DNA of 64,000 bases from Octopus sinensis (taxonomy: Eukaryota), in assembly GCF_006345805.1 (NCBI RefSeq), contig NC_043005.1:104284001-104348000 (forward strand). The letters are read 5' to 3'. Both the position numbers and the translations under genes were made by a program. The notes under the pieces were generated by a model. That model saw nothing but the letters and a program-made list of their open reading frames with translations, was not told where the DNA came from and ran no database searches. Positions 49,999-62,605 of the stretch are shown one piece after another (the first letter of the stretch is position 1; each line of letters opens with the position of its first letter).

Positions 49999-51748
49999 AG
50001 AGAGAGAGTGAGTGAGAGAGATAATAAAAGAGAGAGAGAGAGTAAGCGGACGTTGAAAATGTAAAAAAGGGAAGTTTTAATTTTTAAAAGAGGAAAAATA
50101 TGAGGGAGTGGGAGATGAAGATAGATAGAAAGAAGCAATTCATTATGTAAGAGAAGCCTTACGCACACACATGCACACACACACACATATATGCAGACAA
50201 ACACACACACACATATGCAGACTAACACACACACTCACATATGTACACACGAGAGCACACACATTCGCATTGCAAATCGGTTTCGAGCAAGAGATATGTT
50301 GAAACTGGCGAGACGCGAACGAAAAGATACATCGTATAGTTTGAGGGCAGAGAAAAGAGTTTAACCAATTGATACACCAAGAGAAAACGTTACGCACGCC
50401 GTGTAAAGTAATACATTAAGGGAGAGGTAACTGTTTTGACTGAAAAAATATTTTTATCAAATAGCGAATAGCACAAACTCCACACACACACACCTACACA
50501 CGTACTTACAATACATAGAAATTATACAGCCATACTTATATACGTTCATACATACATCTGCTTAGGGTTTTTGTGTATCCGTGTCACTATATAAATGTAT
50601 ATACGTGCTATGAAACAATATGAGCAGAACTTTAAAACAATTTAGGATTTGATATTTTATAAAACGTTCATATTAAATAAGGATGTGCATGAAATATAAA
50701 TTTTACTATGAACTGCCATTAAAGTAAGATTTACAAAACTAGACATTTACAATAAAACTAGACATATTAGAAGAAGAAAAAAATTTGAGAGCTACTAAAA
50801 ACAAATCTAAAATCGTTTTCAATAATGAAATATAATTTTAAGATGGACTAACATGGTGCATATATTCCATGAACAAAAAATGCAGACACCTGCTTTAAAA
50901 ATACCTGCGCGCGAATGTGGGTGGGATATACGTTTGTCTATACGCGCGCCGAGTATGAGTATATATGTATACGTAATACTGAGGTGATAGAACGAAAAAA
51001 GGTAAAAGGAAATCTCACGATAAAATAAAAATGTAATACACCGTGCATTATCAACTGACCATGAAGAAATTACAGGTAAAAATCCAAAGGGAAGAAAGCA
51101 GACGACACTATTTGGAGAAAAGATGGATAGAGTAATAGGAGGTAATAGAAGGGCGCATAAGAGGAATTTTCAAACTGTTTAGTTAAAAAAAATAATTAAA
51201 AAATCTGTGAGCGAAACTGAAAAGATCCATGTTCACAATAACAAAGTTCGTGGAAGAACACACACACAGATGTATATATAGTATGTGCATATATATCTAT
51301 GTATGTGTGTCTTGTTTTTTTGTTTGTATGTGTAAGAATGTGTATGTGTATCTCTTAATACGTATAAGTGTATATGCACATATGTGCATATACATGTGTG
51401 TGTGTTAAATGAAGTTATTAAAATTTTAGTAAAGACTTCGTATATAGTTAGAGAGAATTTTGCTTTGATATGCCATTGACCTGCCATTTAATAACTTTAC
51501 AAATAACTGACCAACTAGTAATTATAACGAAAGATTTGTTATAATCAATTATTTGCTTGATTTTACAATAGGCAATAGAATAAAATCTTGAGAACATTGT
51601 GTATCAAAATACTTGTGTATAGCTAAGAAATCTGTTCACAAATAACAAAAACTAAGAATCTAAGAATTTTCACCGAAATTATTGAGAAAGTCTTCGAAGA
51701 GACCCAAATGAACAAAAACTGCTTACATACATTATAGGTGTGTGAGTC

Positions 51749-51782
<34 letters not shown>

Positions 51783-52066
51783 TTAGAGTGAGAGAGAGGG
51801 AGGCAGATCGAGAGGAGCAGAGTTGAGAAAGGGGGTAAGAGAGAGAGAGAGAGAGAGAAAGAGCGCGGAGAGAGATCAGAGAGAGTGAGAGCTGTTGAGA
51901 GAGATGGTCTGTGTGTATGGGGGAGTAGGTGCATGTATGTATGTCAGTGTATATCTATGTATTGTTGTGACTGAAAAGAATATAAATAAATATCAGACGA
52001 TGTAGTGGATGAATAATCTTGTTTATGCCCAGATCCAACTTAATCGCTCAGACTTATGATTTAAAG

Positions 52067-52210
52067 TAGGTAAGGGCAACTTCTACTAGAAGCGGACCGG
52101 ATAAGACATGGCTCATCCTCACGCAGTCCGCACTACTAGAAAAAGTTCACGATAGTTTTCATTTGTGTGCCCTTCAGAAAGTCCCACGGGTTGCAGTTTG
52201 CTCATGTCTG
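52067..52210. mobile_element. Degenerate hAT-like MITE
   Basis: Imperfect TIRs taggtaagggcaac / gtttgctcatgtctg with near-identical 8-bp flanks atttaaag / atttaaaa. Confidence 0.45.
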
Positions 52211-52849
52211 ATTTAAAACTTCTACAGGTGAAAAACACTTTACTTAAGCCGTCTAACATACGGTTTGCGGGACATTCCAGTTGTTTTATCTAGCACATCG
52301 AGAGCCGCAGTAAGATTCTTTTGTTTTATAAGACAACAACTTTTCACTGGAAGAATTTCTGTAAAATCTGTAAAATGCTTGTTATGACGAACTGGCAAAC
52401 ATACAACAAATTGTTTCGAGGGGCATATAATGAATTAATTGCATTTATATACACTCATGAATATGTATATACGGAATCTTTATGTATTTACCCACATAGC
52501 GAGATAAATTTGGAAATATAATTTTTACTATATATTTACCCGTTAAACTAATGTTTATTTTCCGGGTAATCAAAAAATAAAGGTCTGAGAATAAATGAGA
52601 TTGACTGTACTTAACCAAGTAATAACCCAGAAAAGTCACAGGATAGAAGAGAGCAATACTGAGGATGAATATATTATACTTAAATATGTATAGTGACGCT
52701 GAAGCAATATATAATCATTTTTCTGTATACTTACATATATGTATGTATATATATATATAAACGCATGTACAAGTATATCTTTATATGTAAAAGTAAGGTT
52801 GTGTGTCTGTATCCTACGATTTAGATTCCTAACTACTCCCACATTTTGC

Positions 52850-53158
52850 GGTGCAGTTTAACCAAAACCGGGTATCTTATAGTCGTGATTCACATCGAGC
52901 CCTTCTGGGTATTAGCGCGCGTCTACGATGAGTCTACAATTTAAAAAAAAATTTACCATAACTTTTTTCCATTTTAATGCATTTTTTCGCTATTATATAA
53001 GGGAAGTAACTCTCTAAAAATGTCTACGATGAGTCAACGATTTAGAAAAAAATTTACCATAATTTTTTTTCCATTTTTAATGCATGTTTTTGCTATTTTT
53101 TGGCTATAACTCTCTAAAAATGCTTATATAGTTATTTCCCTTACAAACCCGAGCAACG
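52850..53158 (+). mobile_element. Helitron-like fragment truncated in the 3' hairpin
   Basis: Ends in acaaacccgagcaacg as in the 43.4 kb Helitron; internal tandem tctacgatgagtc..tttaccataa occurs twice. Confidence 0.45.
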
Positions 53159-53214
53159 TATATATATATTTATATGTGTGTGTGTATATTTGTATACTGA
53201 GAATTTGTATATCT

Positions 53215-53289
<75 letters not shown>

Positions 53290-53405
53290 ATATATATATA
53301 TATTATATATATATGTATAAGGGTGAAAAGGAACACACGAGTTGATATATATGAAAAAACAATTCAAAAATAGAAAATGCTAAAATAATTTTATAGTGAA
53401 CATTT

Positions 53406-53443
53406 CAGTACCGGTTTCGGTCATTTTGAGACCTTTTCAACTG
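53406..53443 (-). ncRNA. Minimal hammerhead (U3-A8 variant), inverted copy
   Basis: Reverse complement of 54968-55005. Confidence 0.75.
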
Positions 53444-54967
53444 TAACGATTAAATAATTAAATTTAGACTACAAGAACTAAAAGATACCCTAATCACCAG
53501 GAACTATCCACCTTCACTTATTGACCAGTGCATTCAACGTGCCCTTCAACTTAACATCAAGGAACTGAGACATCCCAAATCAAAGAAAAACTTACAACCA
53601 AAAGCCTTACCATACATCTCCACACACAACCCTCTCAATAACGAAGCCTTCGACACCATCCTCCACAACATACCCCTCCTAAAAAAAGACCACAGAATGA
53701 ACACAATCCTCCAAACACACACGATCATAAAAAGCAAAAGACAGCCTAGATCCATGAAAAGTCTCCTTACACAAGCCCGAATTCACTCTTCAACACAGAA
53801 GCCGACAGTAAAAAAAGAAGCCGACAGTAAAAAAATGTGGAAGACCCAATTGCGGGATATGCGACTATCTAATTGAGGGATCAGAGTTCTCCTTCAAACA
53901 GGGACAACGGTTTACAGTGAAAAGCAACTTCACATGTGCTTCGGAGAACCTAATATACTCACTAACCTGCTCCGGGTGTCAAGAGCAGTACATAGGCCAA
54001 ACAAAAAATGGTTTGCGTAAATGAATGGCTCTGCACAGATCCCAGATAAAAATTCCCCAAAACAGAAAAATAGCTTTTAGCCAACACATAGATACTTGCG
54101 CCAACAAAAAAACAACCAAACTTCAGAATTTTCCCCCTCTACCAATTTAGGGACGATACAACCTCGAGAAACGAATAAGTAAGGAAAATCTCTTTATTAC
54201 AAAATACAAACCACTTCTAAACGGGTCTACGACAAACAATTAATATACCTCAACTTTAGAATAAAAGAAAAATATATATACACACACAAATATTACACTC
54301 CATAGAATCCATTACTAATCAGCCCCTTCATAGCTATACTTACACCCATTCATATTCTCCCTTCTCTGTTTTTTTCTTCTTCTTCTTCTTCTTCTTCTTC
54401 TTCATCATCATCATTATCATCATCATCGTCGTCATCATCATCACCACCATCATCACCACCATCTTCTCCTTCTTCTTCTTCTTCTTCTTCATCATCATCA
54501 TTATCATCATCATCGTCGTCATAATCATCACCACCATCACCATCATCGTCATTTCTCCTTCTTCTCTTCTTCTTCTTCTTCTTCTCTTCTTTTCTTCTTC
54601 TTCTTCTTATACTTCTCCACCCCTACCCCTTAACTTTGTCACTAATGTTTTTTAGTATAACACCTACGCTAATTCTATAAACAAGCCTGTCAATATAAAT
54701 ATTCTCCTGAATTGAATGAGACTGCCAGCCGCCACTGACCATTCAAAATACGACCATCAGGGCACTCCCAGATCTCCCACCCCCCTTTCCTCACCAGCCT
54801 TCTTCCTCTACTACCTACCAAGAACTCACAACGACCTCCAACACACAAGTGCAAACAAGGGAGTCAGAGAAAGGCAGAATGCCACTTAAATCTGAACACT
54901 ACTATAGAAATATTCTTTTAAAAAAACTTTTCTTCTAATTTTTCTAAATTTAATTATTTAATCGTTA

Positions 54968-55005
54968 CAGTTGAAAAGGTCTCAAAATGACCGAAACCGG
55001 TACTG
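54968..55005 (+). ncRNA. Minimal type I hammerhead with UUGAAAA core
   Basis: cag-TTGAAAA-ggtc tcaaaat gacc-GAAA-ccgg-TA-ctg. U3-A8 replaces the C3-G8 pair; stem III ACCGGU is palindromic. Confidence 0.75.
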
Positions 55006-55846
55006 AAATGTTCACTATAAAATTATTTTAGCATTTTATTCTATTTTTGACTTGTTTTTTCATATATATATATATATTATATATATATATATATATATAA
55101 TATATATATATATATTTACTTACATAGGTGTTAGTGTATTTACCATATATGTACGTGTGTGTGTTCGAAACAGACCAACATTTTTGCTAGTTTATTGATA
55201 GGTTGTATAAGGAAATATAAATTCATTCAAAAATATTTTGCTTATATTAAAACAATTGATATAAATCCATTATTTGACACGATATAACAAAATGATACCT
55301 TAAGTAAATCTATGTATTCGCTTTTGACAGTAATTATTTTTGAAGTATTCGAATGTGAATATTTTCATGATTATTTTAATTCTAAAAGAATGTCCTGGAA
55401 AATGGTCTTTTATGGACAACATGCAATACCAACTAGTTATGGAGAAACTGTGGTAAAAAAAGATCTCTCTGGAAGAAGCAGACGATACTAGTTGAGTTGT
55501 AGGGGTAAGTAAAGTGGAAGATTTAGAGAAACAGAAAGAGGGAAAGAAATATATGAAAGAAATATATGTAATGAACGTGTAGTTGTATGTAGGAGAGAGA
55601 GAGGGAGATAGAGAGAGAGAGAGAGGAGAAGGGACAGAAAGAGAAACAGACAGAAAAAGGACAGAAAAAGAAAGATGGAACGAAAGAAGGTATGTACATG
55701 CATATATACATGCATGCATACATACATGCATGCATGCGTACATGCATACATACGTGCATGCATCCATGCATCCATCCATACATACATACATACATACATA
55801 CATACATACATACATACATACATACATACATACATACATACATACA

Positions 55847-56210
55847 TACGAAGTCTTATCAAAACGTTCTAGAACTAGTTATGTTTAATAAAAAAGAAAT
55901 AGCATATTAACCTAAGATTTAACATCACCTCCTTCAAAATAGTTGCTTTGCGTAGCAATACTCCCGTTCCAGTTTTCCTGCCACTTTTGTAATCCGGTCT
56001 GAAAGTTGTTTACCATAAACAAGTTGAGGATCTTCTGTGATTTACTCTGGATCTTGACAACGGTGTTAAAATGGCGACCTTTAAGCTGCATTTTCATCTT
56101 GGGCAAGAGATGGATGTCCACAAGTTCTAGGATGCACATCCAGGGATGTTGCTCAACATTTGAGCAACAAATCATTTGATGAAAAGTTGCATGCATTCTA
56201 GCAAAAGTTC
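55847..56210 (-). mobile_element. Mariner transposon 3' remnant with one TIR
   Basis: TA-cgaagtcttatcaaaacgttc terminus; LLPKMKMQLKGRHFNTVVKIQ...FQTGLQKWQENW..SIATQSNYFEG. Confidence 0.8.
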
Positions 56211-57226
56211 ATACAGGAATGTATTTCCAGAGAGCTTCAAACATTGGCAATCAAAATAATTTTTCCTTGATTAACAACTGTGATATTAACTCTCATTTTG
56301 AAGACTATACTCTTGCAATACGGGCGCAGAAAATAGCCAGAAAATACTTTATGTGTATAATTACGCTCGTGCGTGTTATATTAATGGAACTGCTAAAATC
56401 GCTTGTGCGTGTATGTGGATAAAGTGTAAGTTTCATAAATATAGCCATGTGTGATTTTGGAAATAGCTCTCACGGTTCATTCTGCAGCAACAAACCCGAG
56501 AAATATTCAACAAGTTTTAACAGAGTATTACCGACGTATCAAAGTACTTACTTCAGTAAATTTTTCGTTTAAAAGAAACGGAATCGGAATTTATTGACAT
56601 GCAATAAAGTTAAATCGCAATTGTAGTTCATCAAATCTTTCATAAGTTGCTCTCAAATGCTTCCTCTTTTGGTAGATCGAACTCAGACATTTCATAAAAC
56701 TTTACTAAGCAGACGAAGCAAGTCGAGCTTTACCCAGTTTCGTCCAAGGCTTCCTCCATATCATCTATATTCACGTATGATATAATATAATAAATGTATA
56801 TCTAATTATAATATATGTACATTTATATATATGTATAAGTATGTAAGAATGTATGATTGCATAATCATGTGTGTATCTATCAAGTTGAATATATAAATGT
56901 TGATGTATATATATGCATATGAATGAATATAGGTATGTGTGTGTGTATGTTGTTTGTTTGTGTGCGTGTGAGTGTGAGTGTGCGCGTGCGTGTGTGCTTG
57001 AGTATATGTGTGCACAAGCGCGTGCGTGAATTTGAAGAATATTTTCTTCACTTAAAGGTTATTAATTATATAAAAATTCTTTAAAATAACAAAATGATTC
57101 AAAGTTTTTGGAAGAAAGTTTTCTGGTGTTAAACGCTTTTTGCGGTTTTCAGCTTTTCAAACACACGTGTTATAAGTTAATGCGTATAGAGGTTGTTGTT
57201 TTAGTAGCGTTGTTAATTATACTCAC

Positions 57227-57325
57227 TTTCGTTTCGGATTTAGAATTCTTATAAAGTATTCTTCTTTCGTAGTTGATCATTTGTTTTTTCCTTTCATTTT
57301 CAAAACCGGGAGTATTTCCAATTTG
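57227..57325 (-). CDS. Candidate 99-nt exon of gene B (QIGNTPGFENERKKQMINYERRILYKNSKSETK)
   Basis: Acceptor tttttgcaagtag, strong donor gtgagt, open phase 0 to 0. Confidence 0.5.
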
Positions 57326-57533
57326 CTACTTGCAAAAATGTATGAACAACCGGAAATAGCGAAAAGTGCTTATGACAACACAAAACTTATTTTCAAAATG
57401 TTTGTGTCATTCTGTTACTTTTAAGATTTTTTGAAAATAATTAATAAATTTTAACTTAAGAAAATCGTGCCTCAAATATTGTGATTGTATCAAATATCCT
57501 TTTCCAACAACTTCCCTTTAGATGTGTGTGTGT

Positions 57534-57579
<46 letters not shown>

Positions 57580-58702
57580 TGTCGTAGCTTTTATTTTCAG
57601 CGTTTCTTTTCAGCGAACATTCCACAATATACATTCAGTGGCATATTAAAAAAGTTAAATGAGTGAGTTACCAAACTGGAAATGTTAGACGTCTAGTGTA
57701 GATAATCATTCTCTAAGAGTCCACTTAAAACAATACACTTTACTACGAGGTACGAACATTCAAACCACCCGTCTCTCTGCACCCTATTCCCTTCATCTAT
57801 TGTAGACTTTTCCCATAAATATATTTTTATTTCATTTCAAGTAGGGATCTGAAGTACTTAACGCTTGGATGTTTAAAGGATAATCTTCGCTTAGGAAATA
57901 TACCTAAATGTTTAAACATTATGTTTATAACCATTATTTTAATATTAGTTTAACCGTACGAAGCAGATCAAACGGCATCCTCTACTTTTTTTTTCAGATG
58001 TTTCTGCTGAAAGATATGATGAATCTTGTTGGCCAAACTGAAATTCAAAGCCGCCATTCTGTCTGGTGTGACTAACATTTGTGAAAACTATTATCTTGAT
58101 TCTCAATTATCATATTTCTCATTTCCATAGAAATTAGTCAGTTTTTAACAAAGATAAATATACGTACATACATTTTTTATATTTTACTTTCTGCTTGAAG
58201 GAATCATATTTTTTCGAATTATATCTGGAATATGTAAGCTATTCAGATATTCGCGTGTTGAAATAGATCCAATCTCATACTTGTGATACTGTTCATTGTA
58301 TTCCAGTTTATAACCTTAAATATATAGCAGTATAATGTCAACAATTTCTGAATTAAAGAAAATCTAGCTGCGCAGATTTAAACAAAATATGCAAGGTACA
58401 TTAAGAATGACGTGACTGAGTAACTGTGACTCAACTAATTGATTTGAAATACACTGGACCTCTTTCTTACAAAAGTTACGTGTTCGGTGAGATTTAAGTA
58501 ATATTCTCTTTCAAATAGTTTTTAAATATTTAAATGCCTGTAGCATGTCACTTCTCAGAGATGTTTGTGTATTGTAGACAGTTTTCGGAATTTTATTCTT
58601 GTAATTATGTATCTCCACGTGCTTAAACTGAAGCAACCGAAACTATGGCAACTGGAATAAGAAAATATTTCCCTCGATTTTTTTATGTCTTCAACAACAT
58701 AC

Positions 58703-58745
58703 CTGTTGGAAATCTAAGACTTCCTCGGTTTCAACCATCAGATAA
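58703..58745 (-). CDS. Candidate 43-nt exon of gene B (YLMVETEEVLDFQQ)
   Basis: Acceptor tcccttgctctactgatcccag, donor gtatgt. Only phase 2 is open and it ends in phase 0. Confidence 0.5.
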
Positions 58746-59521
58746 CTGGGATCAGTAGAGCAAGGGAACCAATACTTAATAAACCACGAAGATTATGTGT
58801 GAATATCATACTTTTTGATCGGATATTGATAAATCCCGTTATCTCACATTCAGTCTCATAAAGCAACTACTATTTGAAAAAAATCGTTGGAAGAAGAGAT
58901 TAGGTTAAGTGGAATAAGTTATGCATATAAAAGAGAAAATAAAGTAGTGTAAATGTCTATTACGATTTTCAAAAAATTGATAAAGGTGCTTAATATACAA
59001 TGCATAATTCCATGATCCAGCAATTTTCGACAATTCATAGGTACTTCTGACATTATCCATCTGGTGGCATATAAAAGGATACTTCAAAGAGTGCTTACAT
59101 AATGATAAAAGCTCAGATTTCAAGTTATAGGCTTTAAAGCTTTAGAATAAAACAAAGTTTCACAGTTCGGTACAAATGGTAAATCAGTTTTCACCAAAAT
59201 CTTTTCATTTTTGAACGAAGAAGCATAACCTTGCAATGATCAAGTTATCTTGAACATATGTAGGCTTCTCTCTGTTTCAAAAACCGAGTATAATTGCTGT
59301 TTGAGCGCTACGATGAATTCCTAACAGTATAGCGCCATGGAGAATGTCCTCTTTGCGAATTGTTGCTTAAGCTCAGTTTGTCACAGCGTTAATGACTTCG
59401 CCACACAGTTACCATCAAGCAGGAAATCATTGCTATCGTCATCATTACAACTATATGCAGAAGGACAATCAGAAAATCATTTAGCATTATGATTCCTTGT
59501 GAAACTTGTAAAAGTTGTGTG

Positions 59522-59584
<63 letters not shown>

Positions 59585-59587
<3 letters not shown>

Positions 59588-59990
59588 TAAATAAATGGTG
59601 TTGAACGAAGATGTTATTAAAATTCTTTTACTTTCAACAATTTATAATACTTTATAACATTCTGTTTATCATTTAGGCAGTCAACGTAATTGTTATAATG
59701 TCTTGTTGTTGAGATAGGCTCTCTTTCTTTCCTGATGAGAAGATTGCATTTTACACCGTTTATTCCTTTGGAATAAAACCATGTTGTCTTCGAAATATAT
59801 GTCGAAAGTAAAAGAATTTTAATAACATCTTCATTAAAATCCATTTATTTACTTATAATACACAAATTACTGCACATTAACCCGGAGTTTATACCTTTGA
59901 ATAGGTCGCTTCATCTGTGTTACTTGCGTGAATTTTGCTACCTTGGTAACTGTTTATTGAATTTTCCATGTTAACGGTAAACAAAGGATA
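59585..59990. mobile_element. PLE terminal repeat with short inverted copy (59585-59640)
   Basis: The left arm is the reverse complement of about 59800-59860; both ends join (TA)n. Confidence 0.7.
59728..59807 (+). ncRNA. Type I hammerhead, near-intact
   Basis: tttc-CTGATGA-gaagattgca..tgttgtcttc-GAAA-tatat-GTC-gaaa. Confidence 0.7.
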
Positions 59991-60002
59991 AATCATTCAT
60001 CC

Positions 60003-60044
<42 letters not shown>

Positions 60045-60047
<3 letters not shown>

Positions 60048-60240
60048 TTATTTGAGGGAATAAAATCCAAACTTACAAGGAAAAAATTTCAATTTAGAAA
60101 TACTAAATCGAATTTCACACAATATAATATATATATATGAAATTAGAAAAAAACCCCACCTTTTATCAATTCAAAATGAAGAATTAAATTACACCATCTA
60201 GAAAATTACATATAATAGAAAAATTGAAATTAAAATAACA
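60045..60240 (+). mobile_element. Fragment homologous to 3100-3280
   Basis: ttattatttga.ggaata...tcaattcaaaatgaagaat..aat..caccatctagaaaattacatataatagaa. Confidence 0.7.
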
Positions 60241-60324
60241 ATAGAATGTTAAAGATTAGGTAAATTGCAAAAAATAATAATAAAAACGTATTTAATTGGT
60301 AGAAAAACATATATATATATATAT

Positions 60325-60355
<31 letters not shown>

Positions 60356-60559
60356 GTATATATACATACATATACACACCTATTTGGTATGAGTAACAGA
60401 AGCAGTATTAGTTTAAAATAGCCATCTGCATATCACACTTAATGCAAATACATTATGGAAATTCTATTTAAATACGGTATCAGTCCTTAGATAGTACTTC
60501 TTAGAGACGTATAGCGTTAGCATAAAATAAACCAGAAGCAAACGAAAATCGTCTAGCAC

Positions 60560-61027
<468 letters not shown>

Positions 61028-61060
61028 TAAGAAAGTTGGTTTGTGAAAGCACGTGGGTGA

Positions 61061-61527
61061 ATATATAAAAAATAGTAAAGAGTGAAAAAACGACAGAAGG
61101 CTTAAATGTTAAAAAATATATATATTTGCGTCAATGTCTGAAGAATGTTAGAAAATTAAAAAAAAATTTTTTTTTTCCTTTATAATGACATAATTTTTAA
61201 AGAAAGACCGGTTTCGCATTTAGCTTTTCAAATTTCTTGTGACGTTATGTTTATGTTTAATAGAGTTATCCTTGTGTTTATGTTCCGGAGAGTTCTGAAC
61301 TCTCCGGAGCATAAACACAAGGATAACTCTATTAAACATAAACATAACGTCACAAGAAATTTGAAAAGCTAAATGCGAAACCGGTCTTTCTTTAAAAAGT
61401 ATGTCATTATAAAGGAAAAGAAAAAAAAAAATTTTTTTTAAAAATTTTCTAATATTCTTCAGACATATTGACGCAAATATATATATTTTTTAACATTTAA
61501 GCCTTCTGTCGTTTTTTCACTCTTTAC

Positions 61528-61540
<13 letters not shown>
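61061..61540. repeat. 480-bp near-perfect palindrome centred at 61296 carrying mirror HHR-like motifs (61200-61238 minus, 61354-61392 plus)
   Basis: Centre ccggagagttc-t-gaactctccgg; right arm aagaaa-TTTGAAAA-gc taaat gc-GAAA-ccgg-TC-tttctt. Confidence 0.85.
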
Positions 61541-61579
<39 letters not shown>

Positions 61580-61604
61580 TATATATATATACGCAACACG
61601 CAAC

Positions 61605-61875
61605 ACGGGCTGCGTGTTGTGTTCTCGAGCAAGGCACTTTATTTCACGTTGCTCCAGTTCACTCAGCTGTAGAAATGAGTTGCGACGTCACTGGTGCCAA
61701 GCTGTATCGACCTTTGTCTTTCCCTTGGATAATACTGGTGGTGTGGAGAGGGGAGGCTGGTATGCATGGGCGACTGCTGGTCTTCCATAAAAAACCTTGC
61801 CCGGACTTGTGTCTAGGAGGGTAACTTTCTAGGTGCAATCCCATGGTTATTCATGACCGAAGGGGGTCTTTACCC
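61605..61875 (+). mobile_element. 5'-truncated SINE of a further family
   Basis: gtgttctcgagcaaggcactttatttcacgttgctccagttcactcagctgtagaaatgag, with a tail ending catgaccgaagggggtc; related fragment at 22700-22950. Confidence 0.7.
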
Positions 61876-61895
61876 TTTATATATATATATATATA

Positions 61896-62311
61896 GGCGC
61901 AGGAGTGGCTGTGTGGTAAGTAGCTTGCTAACCAACCACATGGTTCCAGTTTCAGTCTCACTGCGTGGCATCTTGGGCAAGTGTCTTCTGCTATAGCCCC
62001 GGGCCGACCAATGCCTTGTGAGTGGATTTGGTAGACAGAAACTGAAAGAAGCCTGTCGTATATATGTATATATATATAAGTGTGTGTGTATATGTTTGTG
62101 TGTCTGTGTTTGTCCTCCTATCATTGCTTGACAACCGATGGTGGTTTGTTTACGTCCCCGTCACTTAGCGGTTCGGCAAAAGAGACCGATAGAATAAGTA
62201 CTGGGCTTACAAAAGAATAAGTCCCGGGGTCGATTTGCTCGACTAAAGGCGGTGTCCAGCATGGCCGCAGTCAAATGACTGAAACAAGTAAAAGAGTAAA
62301 GAGTAAAAGAG
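61896..62311 (+). mobile_element. Full-length tRNA-derived CORE-type SINE (octopus OR-type by resemblance, unverified)
   Basis: tRNA-like head, ggcatcttgggcaagtgtctt resembling the MIR CORE, internal TA/TG tract, (taaaagag)n tail. Confidence 0.9.
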
Positions 62312-62574
62312 TATATATATATTTATACACACGCACATACATTTGATGTGTTTGTATGCATGTGTGTGTATGTGTTTGTCTTACAGAGGGCTCCATATAA
62401 AAGGGAAGGGAGAGGAAAAAAGAGAGGAAAAATAATTAGAAGGCCACCACATAGCACTAACGTCTACGAGATATTCATTTTTACATTGAAGAGATATCTA
62501 GATGTCTTATTTTCTCAGTATTGCATTGATAAATTCAGTACAAAGTGCAGATTCTTGAATGGGAATGAACTCAC

Positions 62575-62605
62575 AACCAACTGCTGAACCTAATAGTATT
62601 TGGCA
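62575..62605 (-). CDS. Candidate 31-nt exon of gene B (PNTIRFSSW)
   Basis: Acceptor ggattttcag, strong donor gtgagt; the phase 1 to 2 reading joins exon 58703-58745 as ...IRFSSWFYLMVE. Confidence 0.45.

Larger units (their letters stand above)
53345..55070 (+). mobile_element. 5'-truncated Neptune-type PLE with inverted terminal repeat (53345-53468 / 54943-55070) inside (TA)n
   Basis: RLQELKDTLITRNYP...CGRPNCGIC...NLIYSLTCSGC.EQYIGQT (53466-54243). A 19-bp tandem duplication at 53798-53835 shifts the frame and there is a CGA>TGA stop. Confidence 0.88.

Noticed and set aside
54020-54035. In-frame TGA codons in PLE ORFs (also at about 17187, 17347 and 24023) as selenocysteine
   Set aside because: They fall where Arg (CGA) is expected, consistent with CpG decay; the copies are otherwise broken and no SECIS was identified.
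54340-54552. Poly-M/K ORF
   Set aside because: It is the antisense of (CAT)n/(CTT)n tracts in the PLE 3' UTR.
57999-58066. Plus-strand exon candidates (57999-58066, about 63671-63740, and acceptor at 34376)
   Set aside because: The splice sites are good but no consistent plus-strand chain was found; they cannot be supported without RNA data.
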